Source: Tubiluchus corallicola (Eukaryota; Animalia; Priapulida). Taken from it: a DNA stretch of 20,775 nt. The stretch lies in assembly GCA_030141605.1 (NCBI GenBank), contig JAQGDQ010002482.1:1-20775 (forward strand). Direction: 5' to 3'. The notes beneath the pieces were generated by a model, which saw only the letters and a list, made by a program, of their open reading frames with translations, made no database searches and had not been told where the DNA came from. The translations under genes and the position numbers were made by a program. Within the stretch, counting starts at the first letter, position 1. Each line of letters begins with the position of its first letter. This document shows positions 9,405 to 18,404 of the stretch, one piece after another.

Positions 9405-10291
9405 TAAAAACAAAAGAAATAATGGATAAAAAAACAAATAGAGAGGGAAAAAATTTTGATAAAAACAAGTTTAATAGAAGAAGGACCAACAGAAAAGATA
9501 ATAGAAGTAATAGGATATATTCTCGCCATACTAGCCAACAGAAGAAGAAGGATAACTTTATATTTGGAATTCGCCCTGTGCTTGAAGCCATAACCTCAGG
9601 CAAAACAATTGAAAAAGTATTTATCCAAAACAGTGCTAGCGGCAAACAAATTGTAGAGCTAACAGATGAACTGTCTAAAAGAGGAGTGCCAATACTTAAA
9701 GTTCCCGCTGAAAAACTCAACAGAATAACAAGAAAAAACCATCAAGGAATAATTTGTTATTTATCACCTATTACATTTGGCTCAATAGAAACTACTATTG
9801 ACAATTGCTTTGCACAAGGAAAAGATCCTTTTATTGTAGTATTAGATAGAATTACTGATGTGAGAAATTTTGGCTCCATATGTAGGACGATGGAGTGTGC
9901 AGGAGTGGATGCCATATTAATATCTGATAGAGGAAATGCTTTAATTTCGGGAGATGCCGTAAAAGCTTCTTCTGGAGCGTTAAACCATATTACAGTTTGT
10001 AGAACAGGCAACTTGAAGGAAAGTATACAATTTTTAGCAGAAAGCGGGCTAAATATCGTAGCGTGCACAGACAAAGTAGAGCAATGTCTGTATGAAGAAA
10101 AACTTGTTGGTCCAATAGCGTTGATTTTTGGTTCGGAAGAGGAAGGAATTGCAAAAGCTATTTTGGATAAGGCAAATAAAATGATAAAAATCCCTATCAA
10201 TGGAAAGGTATCATCTCTTAATGTGTCCGTTGCCGTAGGTATAACAGTATATGAAGTTTTAAGGCAAAAAGCTTTAAAACAGCCTGCCTAA
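9401..10291 (+). CDS. rlmB: 23S rRNA (G2251-2'-O)-methyltransferase, SPOUT/TrmH family
   Basis: NHQGII, LDRITDVRNFGSICRT, GSEEEGI, IPINGKVSSLNVSVA. The GTG start overlaps the cysS stop (GTGA); an alternative ATG is at 9422. Confidence 0.92.
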   Translation: MIKTKEIMDKKTNREGKNFDKNKFNRRRTNRKDNRSNRIYSRHTSQQKKKDNFIFGIRPVLEAITSGKTIEKVFIQNSASGKQIVELTDELSKRGVPILKVPAEKLNRITRKNHQGIICYLSPITFGSIETTIDNCFAQGKDPFIVVLDRITDVRNFGSICRTMECAGVDAILISDRGNALISGDAVKASSGALNHITVCRTGNLKESIQFLAESGLNIVACTDKVEQCLYEEKLVGPIALIFGSEEEGIAKAILDKANKMIKIPINGKVSSLNVSVAVGITVYEVLRQKALKQPA

Positions 10292-10304
10292 ACCTTTTAA
10301 TACA

Positions 10305-10868
10305 TTATCTTTGTTTGATTTTGTTTACTAACTGCTTATACCACGAGAGCCCATACTTTCTTATTAGTGGCTTTTTTAGAAATTGATATAGGAATGTGCT
10401 TGATTCATTTCCTTTTTTTGCTGCGGCTTCGCATACCTTCCATTCATGATAATTGAGCGCATCATGAAATTTATGTTTACTTACCCTTATGGGATATAAA
10501 TGACAGGAGATAGGTTTTTGAAACTTTATTAGTTTCAGGTTATGCACTTTTTCAAAAACACAGCGTAAAGCCCCATTTTCATCAAGGTAAGAATAGGCAC
10601 AGTCGCCTTGAGGTATTAATGTTGTAGAGTATTCATTGTCACTATCAAACACATATTTTCCCTGTTTTTCTATTGCTTTTTGCCCTGCTTCTGTCAAGAA
10701 TGGCTTTATGTCTTTATAAACCTTATTGATTATTTCAAGCTCTTCATTTTCTAATGGAGCACCTAAACACCCAGCTCTGCAACATTCGCCCTTACATACT
10801 GTCACATCACATTCAAAACATTCGTCGGCAATGTCTGATGATATAAGCGTATTTTCAACAGAAATCAT
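10305..10868 (-). CDS. DUF3109-family Cys-rich protein
   Basis: FECDVTVCKGECC...GAPL, KPISCHLYPIR, LNYHEWKVC, FLKKPLIRKYG. Confidence 0.88.
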   Translation of the reverse strand: MISVENTLISSDIADECFECDVTVCKGECCRAGCLGAPLENEELEIINKVYKDIKPFLTEAGQKAIEKQGKYVFDSDNEYSTTLIPQGDCAYSYLDENGALRCVFEKVHNLKLIKFQKPISCHLYPIRVSKHKFHDALNYHEWKVCEAAAKKGNESSTFLYQFLKKPLIRKYGLSWYKQLVNKIKQR

Positions 10869-10914
10869 TTGTAATTATTTGATAGAATTCATATGTGATA
10901 CTATTATTAAAACA

Positions 10915-10922
10915 CAAAATTA
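10915..10922 (-). promoter_or_regulatory. Bacteroidota -7 promoter element for the DUF3109 gene
   Basis: Minus strand TAATTTTG, 46 nt upstream of the start. The AT-rich context lowers specificity. Confidence 0.45.
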
Positions 10923-11145
10923 TTTTTTCTTATAAAGAGAGCAATTTTATTAAGTAAAAATATTTTTTATTTAGTGTTCTCTTATAAAAAATTTAGACAC
11001 AATAAAATACGCCTAATAAGAGAAAAAAAGTGAAAAAAAAGCAAAAATATTTTATTTATTATCAAAATGTTTATAACTTAAAGGCAACTTTGATGTTACA
11101 TTTATTTAATTAATCTTTAATATATAACAATAAATTTTATAGTTT

Positions 11146-13053
11146 ATGAGTATTAGAATTCAAGCATTGAATGGATATTTACACGAATATCAAAAAAGTA
11201 TTTTGTATCCAGAGGCATTTTGGGGCAGAGAAGCAGATAGCCTATTTTGGAAAAAAAAATGGGATAAGGTGGTAGAATGGGATTTTAAAAAACCAGAGGT
11301 AAATTGGTTTATTAATGGGAAGTTGAACATTACTGAAAACATGTTGGATAGGCATTTGTTTGCGATGAGAGATAAAGTTGCAATTATCTGGGAGCCAAAT
11401 GACCCCAAAACACCCGGAAAAAAAATCACCTATCAAGAATTATATGAGCAAGTATGCACCTTTGCCAACGCACTTAAAAACCAAGGAGTAAAGAAAGGAG
11501 ACAGAGTGGTAATATATATGAATATGGTGCCAGAATCAGTTGTTGCTATGTTGGCATGTGCCAGAATTGGGGCAATACACTCAGTGGTGTTTGCAGGGTT
11601 TTCTGCTAACTCTCTTAAAGAAAGGGTGTTAGACTGCTCTTCTAAAATAGTTATAACATCAGATTGGGGACATAGAGGCAGTAGAAACCTTCCAATTAAA
11701 GATATTGTAGATTCAGCAGTAAAAGATTGCCCTTGCGTAGAGAAGGTTATAGTATTTCAATATACTAAAGGTGAAATAAACTTTCAAAAAGGAAGGGACA
11801 TATGGTGGCATGATATGATTAAGGGAATGCCTGTTGAGTGTAAAGCAGAAGAGATGGACTCTGAGGACATTTTGTTTATATTATACACCTCTGGCTCAAC
11901 TGGAAAACCAAAAGGTATAGTGCATACCTGTGGAGGATATATGGTATATACTCAATTTTCGTTTAAAAATGTTTTTCAGTATAGCACAGGAGATGTTTAT
12001 TGGTGTACGGCAGATATAGGATGGATAACAGGACACTCTTATTTAGTATATGCTCCGTTACTTTGTGCTGGCACAACCCTGCTTTTTGAAGGTGTACCTA
12101 CCTATCCTGACCCAGGAAGATTTTGGGACATAGTGGACAAATATCAAGTAAATCAGTTTTATACTGCCCCCACTGCTATAAGAGCTTTGCAAGCGTTTGG
12201 AACGGAACATGTGAACAAGAGGGACCTTTCATCATTAAAGGTTTTAGGCACAGTAGGGGAGCCCATTAATGCTGAAGCATGGCACTGGTACAGGGACCAC
12301 ATAGGCAAAGGAAGGTGCCCTATTGTTGATACTTGGTGGCAAACAGAAACAGGAGGAATTTTAATATCACCACTAGCAGGAGTTATTCCAACAAAACCAT
12401 CTTATGCTACTTTGCCACTGCCTGGAATACAAGTAGCTATTTTAGATGAAAATGGAAAAGAACTAAAAGGAAATGGAGTAGAAGGAAACTTATGCGTCAA
12501 GTTCCCTTGGCCCTCTATGCTAAGAACTCTGTATGGAGACCATGAGAAGTGTAGACAGACCTATTTTGATACTTTCAAGGGATACTATTTCTCTGGAGAT
12601 GGAGTGAAAAGAGATGAAGAAGGATACTATAAAATTTTAGGACGAGTAGATGATGTTATCAACGTTTCTGGACATAGAATGGGAACGGCAGAGGTCGAGA
12701 ATGCTATTAATGAACATCCTCTTGCAGTAGAAACAGCTGTAGTAGGATATCCACATGAAATTAAGGGGCAAGGAATTTATGCCTTTGTAATTGCAGATAT
12801 GGAGCATAGAACAGAGAAAAACTTGCAAAAGGAGATAAAAATGACGGTAAGCAACCTTATTGGACCTATTGCAAAACCTGATGTTATACAATTTGTGAAA
12901 GGGCTACCAAAAACTCGGTCTGGAAAAATAATGAGGCGTATTTTAAGAAAAATTGCTTCGGGAGTATATGATGACTTTGGAGACACATCTACTCTTTTAG
13001 ACCCACGTGTAGTGCATGATATTGTAGAAAAGGCTAAGGCAATAAAAGAATAA
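11146..13053 (+). CDS. acs: Acetyl-CoA synthetase (AMP-forming)
   Basis: [53 protein letters not shown] and [11 protein letters not shown] (acetylation-site Lys motif). Confidence 0.97.
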   Translation: MSIRIQALNGYLHEYQKSILYPEAFWGREADSLFWKKKWDKVVEWDFKKPEVNWFINGKLNITENMLDRHLFAMRDKVAIIWEPNDPKTPGKKITYQELYEQVCTFANALKNQGVKKGDRVVIYMNMVPESVVAMLACARIGAIHSVVFAGFSANSLKERVLDCSSKIVITSDWGHRGSRNLPIKDIVDSAVKDCPCVEKVIVFQYTKGEINFQKGRDIWWHDMIKGMPVECKAEEMDSEDILFILYTSGSTGKPKGIVHTCGGYMVYTQFSFKNVFQYSTGDVYWCTADIGWITGHSYLVYAPLLCAGTTLLFEGVPTYPDPGRFWDIVDKYQVNQFYTAPTAIRALQAFGTEHVNKRDLSSLKVLGTVGEPINAEAWHWYRDHIGKGRCPIVDTWWQTETGGILISPLAGVIPTKPSYATLPLPGIQVAILDENGKELKGNGVEGNLCVKFPWPSMLRTLYGDHEKCRQTYFDTFKGYYFSGDGVKRDEEGYYKILGRVDDVINVSGHRMGTAEVENAINEHPLAVETAVVGYPHEIKGQGIYAFVIADMEHRTEKNLQKEIKMTVSNLIGPIAKPDVIQFVKGLPKTRSGKIMRRILRKIASGVYDDFGDTSTLLDPRVVHDIVEKAKAIKE

Positions 13054-13087
13054 ATTTTAGATACCCAAAAGAACAATTTTCAATAAA

Positions 13088-13119
13088 TTTGGTGATGAAT
13101 TTTATTGTCCTTATTTTTG
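13088..13119 (+). promoter_or_regulatory. Complete Bacteroidota sigma-A promoter ahead of the tRNA-Leu fragment
   Basis: TTTG (13088-13091), 20-nt spacer, TATTTTTG (13112-13119): consensus TTTG-N19-21-TAnnTTTG. Confidence 0.7.
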
Positions 13120-13133
13120 CATGCAAATTATTA

Positions 13134-13173
13134 GCGCATGTAGTGGAATTGGTAGGCACGCTACTTTGAGGGG
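13134..13173 (+). pseudogene. tRNA-Leu(GAG) 5' half only (truncated tRNA)
   Basis: GCGCATG TA GTGGAATTGGTAGGCAC G CTACT TTGAGGG G gives the acceptor 5' strand, a Leu-type D arm, the anticodon stem 5' strand and a loop with GAG at 13168-13170. The expected GTAG, variable arm, T arm and CATGCGC do not follow. Confidence 0.8.
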
Positions 13174-13334
13174 ACTGAACTATTAACTACACAAGGCAAA
13201 GAAGATTCTGAAGATTTGAAACTTAGAAAATATATGGAATAGTTTTACTCATCCCTATAAAGAGAATAAAAAATAGAGTTTATATTAAATTGACACATTA
13301 AAATGTATAGTTGTAATTGCCAAAATTGTATTAT

Positions 13335-15743
13335 CTAATTCAAAATTTCAAAGTTAAGAGATAAGCTATTGCCTTGTTCATCTACCCAAGTAATAGTATG
13401 TATACCCTTTTTAGGCTGTATACCCTTTTTGTGTGAGTCTAGCGAAGTCATTCCAATATATTGATTGTCTAGATGCCAAAAGACCTTAGCTAATGGGTTT
13501 CTGTGTACAATTTTAAAAACTATCTCTCCTCTTTCTCCCCCTAAGTTCTTGGGTATATATAGTTTACTTTTTTTAAATGGATATACAATTTGCATGGGCT
13601 TTCCTGTCTCTTTTCCAAGGCACTCATCCCTAAAAGGAGGTATCTGTTGATATGAAGGGTTTTTAAGTCTATAATACCACTCCATAATTGGAGTTAACAC
13701 AAACCATTTTTTGTGCTTCATTTTTTCCACAGGATAACATGACTGTTTGACTTGGTATTTTTCCTCCTCATCTAAATTTATTATTTTATGATAAGTACAA
13801 TGGGGAGCATTAACAGATGCTTTGGGAAGTATCATCTCAGTGGTTTTCTCACAATTTGGAGTACTTAAAAAACCACTTTTTGAACAATATTTTATAGTAG
13901 CTACATTCTCATTTGGCAGCTCAAACCATTTGTCCGTATTGAGGTGCTTAAAAATATCAAACATAATAGGAGATGCAGCCAAAGTTCCCGTAAGCCCAGA
14001 ACGCCCCTCCCCATCTGCATTACCCACCCACACAGCAACAACATGTTTGGGAGTGATACCCACTGCCCAACCATCCTTGTATCCTTGGCTTGTTCCTGTT
14101 TTCCATGCAATAAGGCTTGTAGAGTAGTGCTCCCACCCAACTTCGCTGCTTGGTCGCTTTACCTTTTGCAAGGCGTCAAAGGTATGCCAAAGGGCATTAG
14201 AAGAAAAAGGCAATTTAAATTTTTTATGCTTTTCTTGCTTCTTTAGATATGATGACTTTACAAAATAGTTTACACTATTGGTTTGATATTTTAGGTTGTA
14301 TGCCAAGGTGTTATATGCTTGTGCCAACTCCCATAAAGTAATTTCTCCTCCGCCTATGATTGCAGATAATCCGTAATGAAAGGCGGGTTGGGTGAACGTT
14401 GTAAACTTCATGGATTGCAATAGATGATGAAATTTTTCTACATTATATTTCTGTAAGGCATATACAGAAGGAACATTTAGTGAGCGAATTAGAGATTCAT
14501 CCGCAGGAACTGCACCATTAAACTTCTCTTCGAAATTTTCTGGGCTAAATCCTCCAAAATTCATTGGATAGTCTGGCAATAACATTTTTGGCAAAAGTAA
14601 CCCCTCATCTAACATGGCGGCATATAAAAAGGGTTTTAGTATGCTTCCGCTGCTTCTTTTTGCTTGAATGATATCTACATAATTTCCATATCTATTTTTT
14701 TCGTCTTTTGTATTTCCTATATACGCCAAAACATTTCCTGTTTCTACTTCTAATACTATTGCTGCCGCATTATGTATTTCATTTTCAGACAGCCATTTGT
14801 TATGATTATCAACAACTTTTGCAACTTTTTTTTGCAGCTTATAGTCAATGGTAGTAAGCAATCTTTTTCCTTTATGTTCTTTCTTTGCTTTGGTTAACAG
14901 GTGCAAGGGGCTTTGAGGTAAGGGGTGAGGGCGCCCAATTAAAGGTTCTTCTGTAGAAAGTTCGTATTCTTCTTGTGTTAAAATGCCATTGTGTTTTAGT
15001 TTCCTCAATAATTTGTTCCTTTTTTGCAGTAATATAGTGGTGTTTTTTCCAGGGTAGGTGAGTGATGGTGCATTTGGCAGTACAGCCAGTGTTGCTGACT
15101 CAGCCCATGATAGAGAACTTGTTGGTCGCCCGTAGTAACGCCATGAAGCAGCATCTACCCCGACGATATTGGAGCCGAAAGGAGCAAAAGATAGGTACAG
15201 TGAAAGTATCTCTTTTTTAGAGTGTGAAAGTTCTAATCTGACTGCCATTAGCATTTCTAATAGCTTATTAAAATAGGTTCTTTTTTTGTTTTTTTGGCTC
15301 AATCTGATTGTTTGCATTGTGATAGTACTACTTCCTCTCACTACTTTTCTTGCTTTAATGTTGCTATATAGAGCTTTAAGGGTAGAAATAGGATTCACTC
15401 CCCAGTGTTTATAAAAATATTGATCTTCGTACAACAAAATACACTGTTCTATTTTGTTTGGAATAGAGTCTATAATAGGAAACCGCCACTGTTGGTCATC
15501 TGCAATAACAGCACCTAAAAGCTTATGTTCCTTACTATAAATTAAAGTGGAGGTAGAAGCGGTAAATAAAGGAGAGGGTAAGAGTAAAAAAACAAACCAA
15601 AAAAGAAAAATCACAAATATTGTTGCAATAGTCCAACGTTTTTTTTTCTTTTTAATTTGTTCAAAGTTTGGAATGCATAGTGCTTTTTTTATATCTATTC
15701 TTTTATTAAAAAAAGCAACCGTTGATATGTGTTTTTTTAACAT
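13335..15743 (-). CDS. pbpC: Penicillin-binding protein 1C
   Basis: N-terminal TM helix, DDQQWRF, transglycosylase motifs EDQYFYKHWGVN / GSSTITMQ / LAVLPNAPS, transpeptidase SILK (SxxK), SLN and KTGTS, and a C-terminal PBP1C domain (FWHLDNQYIG). Start is uncertain (ATG 15743 or TTG 15749). Confidence 0.93.
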   Translation of the reverse strand: MLKKHISTVAFFNKRIDIKKALCIPNFEQIKKKKKRWTIATIFVIFLFWFVFLLLPSPLFTASTSTLIYSKEHKLLGAVIADDQQWRFPIIDSIPNKIEQCILLYEDQYFYKHWGVNPISTLKALYSNIKARKVVRGSSTITMQTIRLSQKNKKRTYFNKLLEMLMAVRLELSHSKKEILSLYLSFAPFGSNIVGVDAASWRYYGRPTSSLSWAESATLAVLPNAPSLTYPGKNTTILLQKRNKLLRKLKHNGILTQEEYELSTEEPLIGRPHPLPQSPLHLLTKAKKEHKGKRLLTTIDYKLQKKVAKVVDNHNKWLSENEIHNAAAIVLEVETGNVLAYIGNTKDEKNRYGNYVDIIQAKRSSGSILKPFLYAAMLDEGLLLPKMLLPDYPMNFGGFSPENFEEKFNGAVPADESLIRSLNVPSVYALQKYNVEKFHHLLQSMKFTTFTQPAFHYGLSAIIGGGEITLWELAQAYNTLAYNLKYQTNSVNYFVKSSYLKKQEKHKKFKLPFSSNALWHTFDALQKVKRPSSEVGWEHYSTSLIAWKTGTSQGYKDGWAVGITPKHVVAVWVGNADGEGRSGLTGTLAASPIMFDIFKHLNTDKWFELPNENVATIKYCSKSGFLSTPNCEKTTEMILPKASVNAPHCTYHKIINLDEEEKYQVKQSCYPVEKMKHKKWFVLTPIMEWYYRLKNPSYQQIPPFRDECLGKETGKPMQIVYPFKKSKLYIPKNLGGERGEIVFKIVHRNPLAKVFWHLDNQYIGMTSLDSHKKGIQPKKGIHTITWVDEQGNSLSLNFEILN

Positions 15744-15767
15744 TCCCAAATGTTCAAAAAAACGTTT

Positions 15768-17045
15768 TTATTTGTTTTTTACTGGATCTTTTTCAAGATC
15801 GAATAACTCATGCAACACTTCTGCTAATGTTTCGGCTTCTTCTCTTTTACATGTAGAACTTAAATGTAGCGCGGGGAGTTTCACTATATTATTAAGCATA
15901 TTTTTTGTTACAAGCTCTACGGCTTGCATTTGATGTTGGTCTAATTTTTTTAAACACTTTGCTATCTCTTCTTTTCTAATCTCTTCTAAAGCACTTTTAA
16001 ACTTATTGATTGTTGGAGAAAAAGCTACTTTTTTTAGCCAAGCATTAAACTCTGCAATGGATTGTTCAATAATTTCTTTTACTTGTGGTATTGCTTCTAA
16101 CCGTGCTTTTAAGGTTTCAGAAGTTTTAGTGTGGATATGATCTATATTAAATAGAGAAACAAAAGGAAGTTTTTCTATTTCGGGGTCTATACTACGAGGA
16201 ACAGACAAATCAATAAAATGCTTTACCCCGCCAATGTTTAGTGTTTCTACAAAATTTTTAGTTATGATGGGCGTATCAGTTGCTATTGCTGATATGATGA
16301 TATCGCTTTTGGCTACATAATCATAAGTTTCTTCAAATGCTATTGCTTGAAAGTTGTATTCTTGGGCTATTTCTGTTGCTTTTTGCTTGGTTCTGTTGGC
16401 AACAAATACGGTTTCAACATTTGAGTTTAATAGGTTTTTGCACACCCCAGAACCAATTTCTCCCATTCCTATTACTAATATTTTTGGGGTTATAATATTT
16501 TTTGTAAGTGTTTTTGCAAGCTCCGTGGCAACATATGATATTGAAGAGGCGCCATCTTTAAATGAGGTTTCTTGAACTACACGTTTGTTTGTGTAAAAAA
16601 TAACATGCATTAATCGATGTAGTAGCGTTCCTGCCATTTCTTGCTCAATGCTTAGTTGATAAGCCGATTTTACTTGTCCAACTATTTGAACATCGCCTAT
16701 TATTTGAGCCTCTAACCCCATAGCTACATAAAATAGGTGTTGAATAGCTTTTTGAGTGTCATTTTGAATATGGAAATACTGGGCTACTTTGTTACTTAAA
16801 TTAGGCTTTACATGTTCAACTAATAGCAATTTAATAATTTCTTGACTGTAATCATTGGTAGAGTTGTAGTATATTTCTACTCTATTGCACGTTGTAATCA
16901 CTATGGCTTCCTTAATACCTAAATATTCTTTAAGCTTATTTAGAAAACAACCACATGTATTCTCTTGCAAAGCTACAATCTCTCTGATATCTACAGGTGC
17001 TTCTTTGTGAGAAATGCCTACTAATTTTAAATTACAATCCATCAA
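15768..17045 (-). CDS. hemA: Glutamyl-tRNA reductase
   Basis: GISHKEAPVDIRE, catalytic TTCNRVEIY, GDVQIVGQVK, IGMGEIG, ANRT, IDLSVPRSID. Confidence 0.96.
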   Translation of the reverse strand: MMDCNLKLVGISHKEAPVDIREIVALQENTCGCFLNKLKEYLGIKEAIVITTCNRVEIYYNSTNDYSQEIIKLLLVEHVKPNLSNKVAQYFHIQNDTQKAIQHLFYVAMGLEAQIIGDVQIVGQVKSAYQLSIEQEMAGTLLHRLMHVIFYTNKRVVQETSFKDGASSISYVATELAKTLTKNIITPKILVIGMGEIGSGVCKNLLNSNVETVFVANRTKQKATEIAQEYNFQAIAFEETYDYVAKSDIIISAIATDTPIITKNFVETLNIGGVKHFIDLSVPRSIDPEIEKLPFVSLFNIDHIHTKTSETLKARLEAIPQVKEIIEQSIAEFNAWLKKVAFSPTINKFKSALEEIRKEEIAKCLKKLDQHQMQAVELVTKNMLNNIVKLPALHLSSTCKREEAETLAEVLHELFDLEKDPVKNK

Positions 17046-17072
17046 ATGTTTAAAATTTTTATATTTACTCTA

Positions 17073-17080
17073 CAAAATTA
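17073..17080 (-). promoter_or_regulatory. Bacteroidota -7 promoter element for hemA
   Basis: Minus strand TAATTTTG, 27 nt upstream of the start. Confidence 0.5.
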
Positions 17081-17241
17081 AAAATAAAAAGATAAAATCA
17101 AAAAAAAAATGATTTTTTGTTACACTAAACAAAATGTTTTTTATTACTTTGCCTTGCGAAAGGTTGTAGAAAAACAACCTCTTTCAATAAAAAAATGGTA
17201 ATTTTATATAAATTTTTGTATTAAAATTAAATGTTAAGTAT

Positions 17242-18282
17242 ATGGATAAGTTATTTAAGTTGTTTGTTTTATTAGTGCTTCTGGGTACTTTTTCTTGTCA
17301 AATAAAAAAAAATGATGTTGAGATGGAAATGAAAGAAAAAGAGAATAAAATAGATATTTACTTAGGAGGGAAATATTTCACATCTTATATTTTCCCTGAA
17401 GATTTAGAGAAAACAACTCTTTGGCCTGTTTCTACCTATCAAGGAACAGAAATTACGCGTAAGTATCCAAGAAAAGCTGGAAAGTATGAACGATTTGACC
17501 ACCCTCACCATATAGGGCTTTGGTTCAACTTTGGAGATGTTAACGGTATAGATTTTTGGAACAACTCTTTTAAAATACCCGAAGAGAAAGCGCCAGAATA
17601 TGGAGTAATAAGCCATGTAAGTGCAGTTCCTAATGAGCAAGAAGGTACATTGAAAACTGTTGCAAATTGGGAAGATTTTGACGGCAACATTTTGTTAAAG
17701 GAACAAACAACATTCAAATTTATTGATAGGAAGAACACAAGAATTATTGATAGGATAACGACGCTTACTGCTGAGCAAGAGAATGTTACCTTCACAGACA
17801 ATAAAGAAGGGTTGTTAGCTATCAGGGTTGCCCGAGAGTTAGAGATTCCTTCAGACAACCCTGTGGCATTGACGGATGACCATGGAATGCCAATACCTGA
17901 GAAAATTGTAGAAACAAAAATTGCTTCAGGAAACTATAAAAGCAGTGAAGGTGTGGAAGGAAGCAATGTGTGGGGCAAAAAAGCTAAGTGGATGATGCTG
18001 AACGGCAATTTTGAAGATGAAAAAGTAACAGTGGCAATAATAGATCACCCAACCAACCCTACTTATCCTTCCTACTGGCATGCAAGAGGATATGGGTTGT
18101 TTTCTGTAAATTCATTGGGACAGCAGGTTTTTGATAAAGCAAAAGAGCAATTAAAAGTAGTATTAAAGAAAGGCGAAAGCATAACATTTAAATTTCGTAT
18201 TGTAGTTTACTCAGGTAACCAGCACTTAAAGGAAGAAGAAGCTAACACGTTATTTCAAGAGTTTCAAAGTGCCAAATGGTAG
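17242..18282 (+). CDS. DUF6807 ('PmoA-like') family lipoprotein, function unknown
   Basis: Lipoprotein signal ...VLLGTFS|C, DHPHHIGLWFNFGDVNGIDFWNNS, DNKEG..IRVAREL, DHPTNP..WHARGYGLFSVN. Confidence 0.8.
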   Translation: MDKLFKLFVLLVLLGTFSCQIKKNDVEMEMKEKENKIDIYLGGKYFTSYIFPEDLEKTTLWPVSTYQGTEITRKYPRKAGKYERFDHPHHIGLWFNFGDVNGIDFWNNSFKIPEEKAPEYGVISHVSAVPNEQEGTLKTVANWEDFDGNILLKEQTTFKFIDRKNTRIIDRITTLTAEQENVTFTDNKEGLLAIRVARELEIPSDNPVALTDDHGMPIPEKIVETKIASGNYKSSEGVEGSNVWGKKAKWMMLNGNFEDEKVTVAIIDHPTNPTYPSYWHARGYGLFSVNSLGQQVFDKAKEQLKVVLKKGESITFKFRIVVYSGNQHLKEEEANTLFQEFQSAKW

Positions 18283-18330
18283 TTTTATTGAAAAAATTGT
18301 AAAGAAAATTTATAAATAAAAGAATCATTT

Positions 18331-18361
18331 TTTGTTTTAGTTAAGATATTTATTACCTTTG
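18331..18361 (+). promoter_or_regulatory. Bacteroidota sigma-A promoter of rpmB
   Basis: TTTG (18331-18334), 19-nt spacer, TACCTTTG (18354-18361). Confidence 0.7.
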
Positions 18362-18404
18362 CATGCACAGAGAATGTAGTAACAATTTTAAATTTGTAAG
18401 AGAA

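Larger units (their letters stand above)
11833..14080 (+). repeat. Left arm of a >=2.25-kb inverted repeat (acs 3' part, tRNA fragment, pbpC 3' part)
   Basis: Reverse complement of 18530-20775. Paired landmarks 13053/19555, 13335/19273 and 11833/20775 each sum to 32608. Confidence 0.97.

Noticed and set aside
2718-10935. Short antisense or overlapping ORFs over pgmB, UXS, ugd, rpsA, cysS, rlmB and DUF3109 (e.g. Phe/Ser-rich 5745..5948 and 5812..6183)
   Set aside because: They mirror the Lys/Glu-rich codons of well-supported genes on the other strand.
13081-13133. Permuted tRNA (3' half upstream), suggested by CATGC within TTTGCATGCAAA
   Set aside because: No T-loop motif upstream, and the same TTTGCATGCA follows the rpmB promoter, so it is promoter/+1 sequence.
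13134-13334. Intron-containing tRNA or tmRNA-like gene
   Set aside because: Only ~160 nt of AT-rich sequence before pbpC, with no 3' exon, no T arm and no group I core; the acceptor is Leu-type, not Ala-type.
11190-17858. Short alternative-frame ORFs inside acs, pbpC, hemA and DUF6807
   Set aside because: Nested within or largely overlapping conserved genes; no independent coding evidence.
17242-18282. Methane monooxygenase subunit (from the 'PmoA' family label)
   Set aside because: Soluble lipoprotein with no multi-pass helices and no pmoB/pmoC neighbours.
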